This document shows positions 1 to 10,805 of a DNA stretch of 64,000 bases, piece by piece. The stretch comes from Lama guanicoe (lineage: Eukaryota): positions 1 through 64,000 of the forward strand of contig MU053994.1 in the NCBI GenBank assembly GCA_013239625.1. The letters run 5' to 3'. Made by a program: the position numbers and the translations under genes. The notes below the pieces were generated by a model. That model worked only from the letters and a program-made list of their open reading frames with translations. It made no database searches and had not been told where the DNA came from. Numbering within the stretch: position 1 is the stretch's first letter; each line of letters starts with the position of its first letter.

Positions 1-35
1 AGCTCACCCTGGGCGACAGCGACAAGAAGAACTGA
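1..35 (+). CDS. C-terminal end (partial, runs off the window start) of a ferritin heavy chain-like gene, FTHL17/FTH1 retrogene type
   Basis: (a)ag ctc acc ctg ggc gac agc gac aag aag aac tga = KLTLGDSDKKN*, matching the ferritin H C-terminus (FTH1 DKHTLGDSDNES*; FTHL17-type proteins have KLTLG). An FTH1-like 3' UTR follows. Whether the upstream CDS is intact cannot be seen. Confidence 0.8.
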   Translation, partial: LTLGDSDKKN

Positions 36-200
36 GCCTGGACTGGAGTGGTCCCCGTGGTCACGGGGTGACTTCCCGAGGTCCCCCTGCCTGGCATGCA
101 TACGGCAATATTGCCCTTGCAAAAAAAAGTTCACTTAAGTTTTTCTTCTTTCATTGTTACCATTTCTTCCAATAAAGTTATTGGTTCTTAAATAAATAAA
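36..200 (+). other. FTH1-like 3' UTR with poly(A) signal AATAAA (171-176) and an A-rich tail remnant (~190-200)
   Basis: The blocks ggggtgacttccc, gcatgcat, cacttaagtt and accatttcttccaataaag..attggt are collinear with the FTH1 3' UTR as I recall it. The aaataaataaa that follows looks like a decayed retrocopy tail. Confidence 0.75.
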
Positions 201-605
201 GGTCTCTGGTTGATTCACGTGTGCACACCTCTCACTTTGTAAGTTTAAAACAGGTATCCAGGAGTCTCTCCACCCACCCATGACCTGTCCACATGCAGCT
301 CAGGGTCTCCATGGATGGAGGGAGAAGGTACTGCGTCGGACCCTGGAAAACACAAAATCAATGTTCCCCTGATGAACAACGTGGGTATACTGGGGGGAGG
401 GGGAGGTGGGGCCCTGGTAAATTTGGGTGCCACTGAATAGTAAAAGTATATAAATATGGTCTGCAAATCACAATGGTGGTGTATTTGGAGGGAGAGTGAA
501 GGGAATGGGATGGGGCAGGGATTAAAATAAAGGGCTCTTAAATTTTACCTGAAAACTTTGAGTTTACTAAAATATGCAAGTATTAATGTTTGTAGATTCT
601 GGGTA

Positions 606-820
606 GCAAGATGGAGACCCTAGGAGCCAGTTTGGCAGTCTCTCTTTGGCAAGCTCACCCTGGGCTACAGTAATGGTAACTGAGCCTTAGGCTGGCCTGC
701 CCATAGACACGGGAGTGACTTCCTAGGTCACCATGCTGGACATGCATGTTGCCCTTACAAAAGATGCAAATATATTTTTTCTTTTGACTGTACTCTTTCT
801 TTAAGGTAACATGGTACCCC
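606..820 (+). pseudogene. 5'-truncated, frameshifted ferritin heavy chain-like pseudogene fragment
   Basis: gcaagatggagaccctaggagccagtttggcag..tctctctttggcaagctcaccctgggctacagtaatggtaactga aligns to [21 protein letters not shown] with an apparent 2-nt deletion; stop at 681-683. The 3' UTR is homologous to 36-190 but has no AATAAA. Confidence 0.8.
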
Positions 821-884
821 AAACCACAAATTACCTCAATAGAAGAACTGAAAAATAAAAGGTCAAGGCTGAAGGTCAATTTGT

Positions 885-1480
885 GATATTGAATATCAAG
901 TGGAATGAATTTCCCTGAATGTTAAGCCAAGTGAGTCTGGCTGCTTTGAAGAATGTAGAGGGGTGGAGGTGTGAGATGAAACTGAGAGGCCAGTTAAGAG
1001 ATATTATAGCAGGTCCACAGAGACAAGGGTGGTTTGCACTGTGGAGGAAATGAAGAGATGAGGACAAATTTCAGATGAGTTGGATGAGTCCACAAGATTT
1101 ACTTTATGGACCAGAGATGAGTAATGGGAAATGGGGGAAATAAGTTTAGATTTGAACACCCTGGCTGATGGTAGTGTTATTTATAAATCTGGGGGTGTTT
1201 ATAGGAGGACTCTCGGGGCCACGAAGGCATGCCATGTAAAATCTGGGATACCCTTTAGACATGTAAGTGGAATTGTCATGCAGGTAGCCAGAAAAATGAA
1301 TCTAGAGCTCAGGCAGGATGCCAGGTTTGGAAATATACACAAGGGAGATATTAGCCTATACATAGATGGTGTTGAGGTCATGGAGTAGATAAGCTCACCA
1401 AAAAGGAAATGGAGAAAGTATGGCACAGCCAGCCCCACACCCAGGGCAGTTCACATTCAGAGGATGGGATGAGGTGTTGG
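885..1480 (-). mobile_element. L2 LINE fragment
   Basis: Antisense L2-like blocks (ctagagctcaggcaggatgccaggtttggaaat...atagatggtgttgaggtcatggagtagat). Confidence 0.65.
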
Positions 1481-2367
1481 AACACCCAGAGGGCTGCTGG
1501 CCCCACCTGGACCATTACCTCATTCCACACTGGGACCACCTATGTCGGCTCACAGCTTATGGCAAAATCAGCCTGATCCTAACCTCAGTGTGGCCTCTGA
1601 TTTCTCCTTTCTAGATGTGGAGAGGCGTTAGCCTATTACCTTGTCTTCATGACTATGGGTAGAAAGACACTACTTCCGAGTAAAAAGATTTCCCAAGGAA
1701 ACTATAGACCTGCTTTTCTGTGGTTTCTTTTCCTGTTCCCCTTTTAACACTCTTCCCCTCTCTCAGTCCATGCTCTATTTGACCTGATGAAATCTGTTCT
1801 CTTGTAGACCCTAAGGTTGTCTATGTCTCAGAAAAAACATACTCAAAACATATTGCTTCTTTTGTGCCATGCGTAGCCTACAAAGATCAAAGTCAGAAAT
1901 TTGCAGACTTTGTATCCTATATTCAAAGACACAGGGGTAGCCTGAGTCTTTTTAGACCTAGTGGATTGCTTTTAACATTTACTAAAATACAAACAAGTTT
2001 AGCTAAGCAGTAATATCTTTCTACATTTCCCCATAATTGTGCTTTAATACTTTCTTTAAAATGAGGATTATGGCCCTTTGAGTTTAGTTTCCAGAAAATG
2101 GAATTGAATGGTATTGCCTCTTTTACTCTTCTTAGTCAAACTTGGCCTTTTCACTCATTCTCTGCCTGGTTTGAGATCCCCGCTCTCTGACATTCTCAAA
2201 TATACATATATTTGAGCCAAAATATATATTTCAGACAAATATTATATACATATATATATATATAAATTAACTGTTCTCTAGATACGAGGAAGCACAGGGC
2301 GAGCAGCTATCTGTAAGTGTTTACATCTATAAGTTGGCTGAAGATCCTTTTTCCTCTCCTGTTTTAG

Positions 2368-2600
2368 AGAAGCAGTTCAGTGTAGTGGATTCTTCACCAC
2401 AGATTACCTGGGTTCAAATCCCAGTTTAGCCACTTACTAAACTGGGTGAACTTGGGCATGTTATTTAACTTCTCCGTGCCTCACGCCTCACATGTAGAAT
2501 AGGGATAATACAAGCGTCAACCCCACTGGGTTGCTGAAAAGATTACGAGTTAAGACTTTTAAAACGCTTACAGCAGTGCCTGGCACAAAGAGTGTATATA
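2368..2600 (+). mobile_element. MIR SINE
   Basis: cctgggttcaaatcccag...ccacttact...ttgggcatgttatttaacttctccgtgcctca...cagtgcctggcaca: MIR B box, core and tail. Confidence 0.85.
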
Positions 2601-3311
2601 TTATTTGTAAGTCATCATTTATCATCATTAACATCATCACCATTCACTCACTTCTAAGTTCATTTGTGGTGTTTATGGTTTGGAGAAAAGATTTTTTATC
2701 TTTACTTTGCCACTGGGGGTCTCTCTTGCATTTCGACCAAGTATGTCACTCTGCATGTTGAGAAGGAAAAATTCCCTCCTGGCTCTGCTTGGCTGTCAGT
2801 TGCTGCCAGGCTTCAGGAGGGTGGATTGCTATTTTCAGTGCCCTAATTGGGCCCAAGCGTGGAGGTGAGTTTTGCTGTGACAACTCTCTTGGTAATCTCC
2901 CATTTGTCTCAATCAGCCTCCCGTTTAAATCGCCCCCTGGGACACTTTGCTTATTCTTCCCAAGCCCAGGTTGCTTGAGCCTGCACTTTCCATACTGAAC
3001 TACATTCTGCTCCTCAGAGGTGGGAAAGACTGAAAGGATGAAGTCCACCAACGTCTGGATGTTTGGACCTGAAAAGGAGAGGAATGGGTGGATTGGAAGG
3101 GGGAGAACAGGCAAAAGAGCTACTGATAACATAATAACTAAAATTGGTAAGTTACCATGTGCTTTATTTAGCACAGAGCTTCTTAAGCTTTGCTGCACAT
3201 TACAACCACCTGCAGAGCTTTCAGAGTTCTCAGTGCCCAGGCCACCTCCCAATCACATCAGTCTCGGGGGCAGGATCTAGACATCCCCGCATTGAAAACC
3301 AATGCAAGACC

Positions 3312-3540
3312 GGGCTACCCAAAACATGGTCTGTGGACTGGCAGGTCAGTGTCATCAGAGAGCTTGTTAGAAACGCAAAAATCTCAAGCCCTATCTCAGA
3401 CCTACTGAATCAGAATCTACATTTTACCCCACGTGATGAATATACACACTGAATTTTGAGTAGCCGCCTTAGCACCCTAGTTTTCAAATGTGGCTGCACC
3501 TTGGAATTACCTGGGGCGCTGGAAAACAGTCCTGATGCCT
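3312..3540. mobile_element. Two adjacent MER5-type (hAT-Charlie) fragments in opposite orientation
   Basis: gagcttgttagaaacgcaaaaatctc...cctactgaatcagaatct followed by ggctgcaccttggaattacctgggg. Confidence 0.7.
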
Positions 3541-3720
3541 CAATTTAAACAACACACTCAGACATATCCTCATGTAAGTACTGGACCAAACATAATAAAA
3601 ACAGCCCAGAAAACTCCAACAACAATGATTCAATCAACAACTATTGATCTCACACACACATATTTACATATTAGCTTTTGCACAATCTGCTGTTTTATTG
3701 CAAACTGGTGTTTTTAGAGT

Positions 3721-3925
3721 ACGGGTTGCCAAACTAGTCTGCAAGCCAAATCTGGCCCCCAAGTGTTTTCATAGACAAAGGAGTTTTATCGGAACACAGC
3801 CGCACCCATTCAATTACCTATTGTCTGTGGTTGAACTTGGACTACAATGGCAGAGTTAGTCATTGCAACAAAGACCATATGGCCTGCAAAGCCTAAAACA
3901 TTTACAGAAAATCTTTGCCATCCCA
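3721..3925 (-). mobile_element. MER58A-like hAT MITE
   Basis: gccaaatctggccc...ttttatcggaacacagcc...atggcctgcaaagcctaaaa; reverse-complement homologue of 7810-8023. Confidence 0.8.
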
Positions 3926-5379
3926 TGTTTTTGAAGTAATTTGCCACAGGCCCTGAATTCATCTCAAGCCGTCAAATATTTCAAACTTTTCCCCAGTCTT
4001 TATGCAGCTATTTGTCTTTTCCTCTTTCCTTTTATTTTTTTCTCAATTTCAATGAATATTCTAGATTGTTTCAGATATTTATATTTTATACACATCCCTA
4101 ATGCTCACAGGCCCCAGCATTGTAACTGTCACCTTCCAGACTGACGTCTTCGTGCATTTCAGTAAGTCAACCTGTCAACTTTCTTTGTCTTCAGCTTAGC
4201 TGGTCCCTCCAGTCTCTTTGTTAATTGAAGGCCATCAGTCATCCCTCTTCTGGGAGCATCAGAGTGGAACAACGTCTGACTAGCCTTTTTGACTGATTCT
4301 CCATAATCACCTATTCATCACAGAAGCTGTTTTTCTAATCATTTTTCTTACCGTGAGGCATTTAAATTTCATTAATATGCAAAGCTACTGCCTTGTCTGA
4401 GAAAGGGATAGACTCCTTCCCTTTCATCTGTATTTTAACGTTTATTTTTTGGTAGTGTTGCTTTTGGTTTACAATGGATTATATCTGATATTAACTATGT
4501 CACAAGCAACAAGGAGATTTATTCTCTTTTTTTACCCTGTGGGATAATTTTCTGTGCATGATTTTTTCCCCTCCCAAACATTTAATTCTTTTATAAAGTT
4601 TATGGAGAAGTAAAAGTTCAAATTTAATATACTTTTTAGACCCATAAGTCAAGAAATAAACCTAAAATAAAACATTCTAGGAGGGAGCATGCATGCCGCT
4701 TTTGAAATTTTTAGCTCAAATAGCCACTCTTTCAACAAATTACACTGGGTTCTGCGGAATGTTCTGCGCTATGCTTGGCACTAGGAATATAAGATGACCA
4801 GGGCACAGTTCCTGCTCACAAGCGTGGTGGAAAAGATGGACACAGAGAGAGAGATCTCCGATCTATTTGGGTAAGATCTAAAAGAGGAGGTTTACGAAGT
4901 GCTATGCGAGTGCAGGAGAGGAAAGGGGTCTAAATCTTACCTGGGATGTAGGAAACATTTGGTGTGAAGCCTTCAAAGCAGAACTGGAGTTCTCCAAGTA
5001 GAGAAGAGAGGAAAAGGTATTTTAGCTATGTTTATATGCTGCCGAGGAGCCAACAGAGGGGATGATTATGAACTCAGGAGTGTACTGGGATACAGTTAAT
5101 GAAAGAAGATCCAGAGGAGGGTGAGGTGGTGGATTTACATGACACAGGAGAAGGGGTAGTTTTCTCCTTTAAGGAACTCCACAAAAACTCTTCTCTCAAA
5201 GGTCAGCACTAACTTACTAATTAACATTACAGTGGGTCTCTTTTCAGCACTTGCTCTGCTGGGTCATTCTGTAGTACTTCACAGTGTTGACTAGTCCTTC
5301 TTTCCTTACTTTCCTTGCCCTTTCATGGCTTAACTAAAGTTTATCTAGAGACATATACGGACCTGACTATCCTCCTGGA

Positions 5380-5820
5380 TTCTGCTGTTGGCCTCTTCAA
5401 CTTTTGTTCTCTCTATATTTCCCCTCCAATTCAGCCACACCCATGGGCCAATCGGTGTCTCTCTCTCTTCCCCCTCCTGCCTTAATGCTTGTGCACTCTC
5501 ACACTCTCTCTCCTTCTATATGCTTCTCCTGACTGTGAGATTTGTGCAGACATCTGTGAAAATCTCCTTCTGGATGTCCCCGGAAAACTCAGACTCAACA
5601 AGTCCCAAAGTGAACTCAATGTCCCTTCCCCAAACTCGCCCTAGATTTGTCACACTTTTTTGTAGTCGCACAAGTAAAAGAAATTCAGAGTCACCCTTCT
5701 GGTTCTTATTCAGTCTGAACATCTCTCTCCTTCCCATGTGCTCTTTTCTAACCTGAACCACCCCCCGCCCCACATCTTTTCCAGGCTGTAATCATCTATG
5801 ACCTAACAATTTCCACAGTC
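5380..5820 (+). mobile_element. L2 LINE fragment
   Basis: ctccttctggatgtcc...aactcagactcaacaagtcccaaagtgaactc, typical sense-strand L2. Confidence 0.55.
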
Positions 5821-6077
5821 TCTGTACTTGTCAGGGTTCTTGGTGGCAGACCACAAAATTTGACTCTAGCTAATCAAAACAGAAAGGGAATTTTTCAGAA
5901 GAATGACTGGTAGCGTATGGGGGAGGCTGTGGAATTTTGCTCAGAAATTGGGAAGCATCATATGGGTGAGCCTTGTCTTCCATCTGTCTTGACAGTCTTC
6001 CCCAAATAGGAAGGATGCTCAGATGCTGGGCTGCCCAAAGTGATAAACATATAATCTAGTTTTTCAAACCCTCTTTC

Positions 6078-6457
6078 AGTAGCTGCTATTGGTGCTCTGC
6101 CCAGATCAAGTTGACCAGCCAGGAGAGCCAACCTCCAACTGCTTATGAGCGCTGCAGCTGATAGCTTATATCTGTGATGTTCTCAGAAGAACTGCCCTTG
6201 ACTAAGTGGGACAGCCAATGATAGAGGTACAAAAGCCTGGACCCTTTGCTCTGCCTCTGCGGTGAGATTTGTGCTCCAGAATCTGCCTTATATCAAGCCA
6301 CGGTTAGACTTTGCCCAAGATGACATCTTTGCTTGGTTCCTTCCCCTGCCCTATTCGGCTTCCCTTACTTCTGGACATACTTCCCCTGAGTGAACTCCTT
6401 CACTTCTTCAATAAATCCCTGTCTCAGGCTTTATCTCAAGGAACTCCAACCTAAGAT
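6078..6457 (+). mobile_element. ERVL solo LTR (LTR16/LTR33-like)
   Basis: Start gctattggtgctctgcccagatc; end aataaatccctgtctcaggct...ggaactccaacctaaga. Confidence 0.6.
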
Positions 6458-7809
6458 CCACCCTTAAACAGAGTCAACACAACTCCTACTTCATTTTAAT
6501 GGCACTTACCACTCTGAGTGACATTTTTTTCTTTGTATGCCTATATCCCTTAACAAGCTATGAAATCCTTGAGTGCAGGGAGAGTGTGTATTTTTTTCTC
6601 TCCTTAAGCCCTATCATATATGTAATAGGAACTTAAAAAATGGTAAGCTGAACTTAATTGAAAATAAAGGCCAGATCACAGTGGATTCGCAAAATGAATA
6701 GAAGTGAGATAATGGAGACAATAAACATAATGGTAGGCTATTCTTTTCAATGTCTAAATGTGCCTTGGAGTATCGTTATTGGCTTACCTATTTTATCCCC
6801 CTGCTAGATTGTGGATGGTAGAGCAAAACAAGTTGTTAGTAATTAGTCTCTGGCCAAAAGGATTTCTTGCAAGGCATAAAGTTTATGCTATCTGGTTAAT
6901 TTCCCAAATGGGTCAGATATAGCCTTTCTTTCTATGCTAGTTTCATTATTACGTACTCAGGAAGGGTTCAGGTTTAAAATTTGGTGACTTAGCAATTTGT
7001 TCCATTTGAATGTCAGAAAATAAGACTGGGTGGCCAGGACTAAGGATTTCTGTTTTAGCATTTTTGAAGCCTATATTCCTTCTCACTCATCTGTTCTACA
7101 CAACTATTTCATTTTTGGCAAGTGATTACAGTTTTATTACCATGTTACCTCAGGTGTAGGATTCTGTGTGTGATGGACATGAGACAAAGTTTACTGACCA
7201 TTTATTATATACATAGAATACTGTTTTATTAATTGTTTTCTTGGTTTAAGTTCTTCCAGAAGTGACCCTGAGAAAACAGTTTAAATGCAAGAGTTGACAA
7301 GAAAGAACAGAAAATGTCTCTATGCTGTAGGAGCTCAAGCTAGCTAGAATCATGGCATCCGCAGTGTAGGGTCACTTATAGAGGATCTCATCGACCAGTT
7401 TCAAAATAATTAATAATGCATGCCGAGCCTGTAAGATCCAAGAGAGTATAGCACAATGGGATGATAAGCAAGACCAAATAAATCAAGAAAGAAACTTCTG
7501 GGGAGAGAAATTTTCCTCAAGTGTGCTGATGAACCTCATTTTAAAAGGCATTTTCTCAATCTTCCTTTCTAGCCCATGCCCTCCTTCTCATTTTTACTTT
7601 AGAATTGAAAAGACATGATTCTGAAAGTGCTATAAGCAAGCACGGGGACAAATTGAGTGGGTGGTGATCAGTCTGTATTTCAGGCTGAGAGTCTCACCGA
7701 GCTGCTGCCACTTGGTGAGATGCCATTGATCCAAGTTCTGGCCCTCGTTCTAACAAGTGATATGGATTTCTTTTTCTTAGTGAACCCAAAGATGAACAGG
7801 TTCTACATG

Positions 7810-8023
7810 AGGGATCAGCAACCTTTTTCTGTAAAGTGTAAATATTTTAGAATTTACAGACCATGTGGTCTTTGTCACAACTATTCAACTCTGTTACAGC
7901 AGTGTGAAATCAGCCACAGACAATATGTAAATAAATGGATGTGGCTGTGTTCCAATAAAACTTTATTCATAAAAACAAATGGCTGGCCAGATTTGACACA
8001 CAGGCTGTAGTTTGCCAATCCCT
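7810..8023 (+). mobile_element. MER58A-like hAT MITE
   Basis: agggatcagcaacctttttctgtaaag...gtggctgtgttccaataaaactttatt...gtagtttgccaatccct, with recognisable TIRs. Confidence 0.85.
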
Positions 8024-8207
8024 CTTCTAGGAGACTGACTTACACCAACAATATTTCTAAGAGTCATTCATCAGCCACAGATAGTTCTCACATATAACCA
8101 GGACAGATTACCTGCACAGAACATCCTATCTGAAATGAGCCATTTGTACCACTAAGCTTCACAAATCAAGAGGTTGCTTAGCGAGCAATGGGTCAGGCAA
8201 ATGAAAT

Positions 8208-8636
8208 TGTTATCTTGGTTTAGGTTCTTCCAGAAGTGACCCTGAGAAAATGGTTTAAATGCAAGTATTTATCTGGCAGACAATCCCTGGAAATATCAGT
8301 AAGGAAGTAGAAAAGTAAAGCAGGGAAGTGAAGGGAGCCAGTAAAATTTGCATTGACAAGAAAGATCACTAAGGGCAACTAGAGTATAATCTTCCTGGTA
8401 GAACATGCTCAGATTTATCCCACTCATGAGGGAAGGGAGCTGGATATTTATCCAGGAACTCCATCAGTTATTGGATGAGGGTTGCTTCTGGGAAGACGGA
8501 GGGCAGAGAGGGCTCCAGTGTCCAGAGAGAGGCTTCAGGCAGAGTTGCAGATGCTGGCAGCCGGAAGGTGGGCAGCATGTATGGACATGGTAAACGTCAA
8601 GGGGATATGAGTGGGGCATCAACAGTACCTGCTACA
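8208..8636 (-). mobile_element. ERVL solo LTR (LTR33/LTR16-like)
   Basis: tcttggtttaggttcttccagaagtgaccctgaga ... ggggatatgagtggggcatcaacagtacctgctaca match the reverse complement of the LTR33-like ends. Confidence 0.65.
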
Positions 8637-10428
8637 CCTTTTTTTCTCCCAAGTAAGATTTATAATAAGGTAATACGAATTAATGAGTAAACTTTTTTTT
8701 ACAGGAACTAGTCCTGTAGAAACCAACCAACCTTCCTCTCCATGGTGTTGGATAGGTACCAATACATATTTTAAACAGCTAATCTCTTTTCTGAAATATT
8801 CCTCATCAGGCAACCATACTTCATATAATCCTAATCCGGAACATATTAGGATTATCATGATTACAGCTTATTTTTTATTGGCTTATATTTTGTTTAATGA
8901 TTTCCTTTTTGAGAATTAAGGAAACCTGGGGCTTGCCAACCTGAGGGGGTGGTCAACACTTGTCCCATTCTTGTTTGGCTTTTGTCGATGGTGGTTCGGT
9001 ACACTATGTGCTTTGTGCTACCATGTTTCTTATTAGAGGAGCCCAAAGGCTGGCCAATGGAAAAGGAGAAAGTGGACTAGCAGAGGAAGAAGAAAAGTGG
9101 GCAATGAGGCAAGGAAATGAGTATCAGAGAGAAGCAGAAGCAGTGGGGATTGGACAGAAGTAGGGTCAGCAATTATCACTGCAGCCAATGGGAAGAGAGA
9201 GAAACAGACATTTTCTGACTCTTAAAATCGACTTGTTATTAGTAATAACAACAGTAGTGGTGATGGGAGGATTTGAGGGGATTCATTTTATGTATTCCAG
9301 GGTTTGTGCTTTTAGCTTCTCTCTGGTGCTCTTCACCAGAGACTGCATTTCCTTTCTTTTGGTTTGGCTGTTTGGGCTTATAGTTCTGCCTAGAGAGACT
9401 GACTCCTTCTGATCACCTGCAACCTATTACAGGGGGACCCAGGATAAATTTCATGATAATGGCTGAATGAAAGGACCACGACTTTCTGTCAAGTCATTTG
9501 AACCCCTGGGGGTTGACTAACCAGGCAAAGTTATTCTGGAACAACTATGGAAAACATGAGTGGGTATACACTCTCTGAGTCCACATTTCGGCTTTCGGAA
9601 CACAACCCCATAAAAGAAGAAACTCCACAATTCTGGCATATTCCGGGCAAAATAATTTTTAGGCTGTTCCACCGACTTTGTGAACCACCATCACCCTCCT
9701 TGAAGCCAACCAATAGCAGTGTCAGTCTAGCAGTTGACAGCAGAGGTTTTGGCATCATGGAGAACTGAGGTAGACTATGTCTCAGCTCCTCAGCTCTGCT
9801 GCATGGTATTCACCCAGACGGAAATGTCAATACCTCATTGAGTATTCTGTGGAGAATCCACTCTCACAAAAGCATTTGAGGGCAATGAAGACTTTCCTAA
9901 GATTCCACAGTAGAGATCAAGAAGGAATTTATATCATGCTACCCAAAGTAATCAACTTTAATATCTCTGACATTTATATTCTCCTAAATCCTTTCTTCAC
10001 CATCCTGACACAACGATTTTTCTCTGTCCTTCCTCCATACAATGTCCAGTGTCATTGGCTCCATTCTCATCATCCTTATCCCTACTCTTATTTTCTCTTC
10101 CATCTTGCTACACAGTTGGGGTCCTCTCCAGATCTCCAGCTCAGCAACATAAAAAGTTCTCCAGTTAACAGGACCTCTTTAGAAGGCAAGTGGGATTATA
10201 TGGTATTGGTTGCAAGAAGCAGAGGGAATTATTTCTTATGTCTCATGTTTCTATAAGGGATTTTTCTTTAATTGGTATTTTTTCTGTGTTGCTACTTCAT
10301 TTCTTGAGAAAGAAGCACATGGAAGCAACACTTCTAGCTTCTCTCTGCTCCCTTGTCTGCTCCTCTTCAGGGGACAAGGAGTAATTTTTCTAATCAGAGA
10401 TGCTAGGAAAAGGGACACAGTAGGTCTG

Positions 10429-10805
10429 TGTGGCAGCCATAGAGGGGTGCCACTCAGATCCTCCTTCAAGAAAGAACTTGCCAGTCCATTGCAATAAGTG
10501 AAGTTAGTTGACAGCCTCCGGATTTTGAAAGCCATGTTCTTCTTGGGCAGTCCCTGCCAATGACTGAACACAGCAGAAGTGCTAAGGGCTGGCCATTTGC
10601 ACCCAGGGCGGTACCCCTTTCATAGGTAATATTTGCTGTGGAGCTCCCCAAGGGGTTGGCTGAGGTTTTGTCAAATGTACACAGAGATGTCAGGCTCTCC
10701 TGCCCAGCTGTGTTCTCCCTCTTTTCTTTCAAGACTCTACCTCTCAATAAACTTTTTGCACTCCTGTGCCCCAGAGTCAGCTTCCTAGAAGACCCAAGTA
10801 ACACA
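10429..10805 (+). mobile_element. ERVL solo LTR (LTR16-like)
   Basis: tgtggcagccatagaggggtgccactcagatc ... tcaataaac...cagagtcagcttcctagaagacccaagtaacaca; TG...CA ends. Confidence 0.65.

Noticed and set aside
2746..3280. 168-aa minus-strand ORF and overlapping ORFs
   Set aside because: No homology recognised and no supporting gene structure.
9547..10256. 73-aa and 159-aa ORFs as exons or a retrogene
   Set aside because: No recognisable domain, exon structure or poly(A)/TSD; the lengths are compatible with chance.
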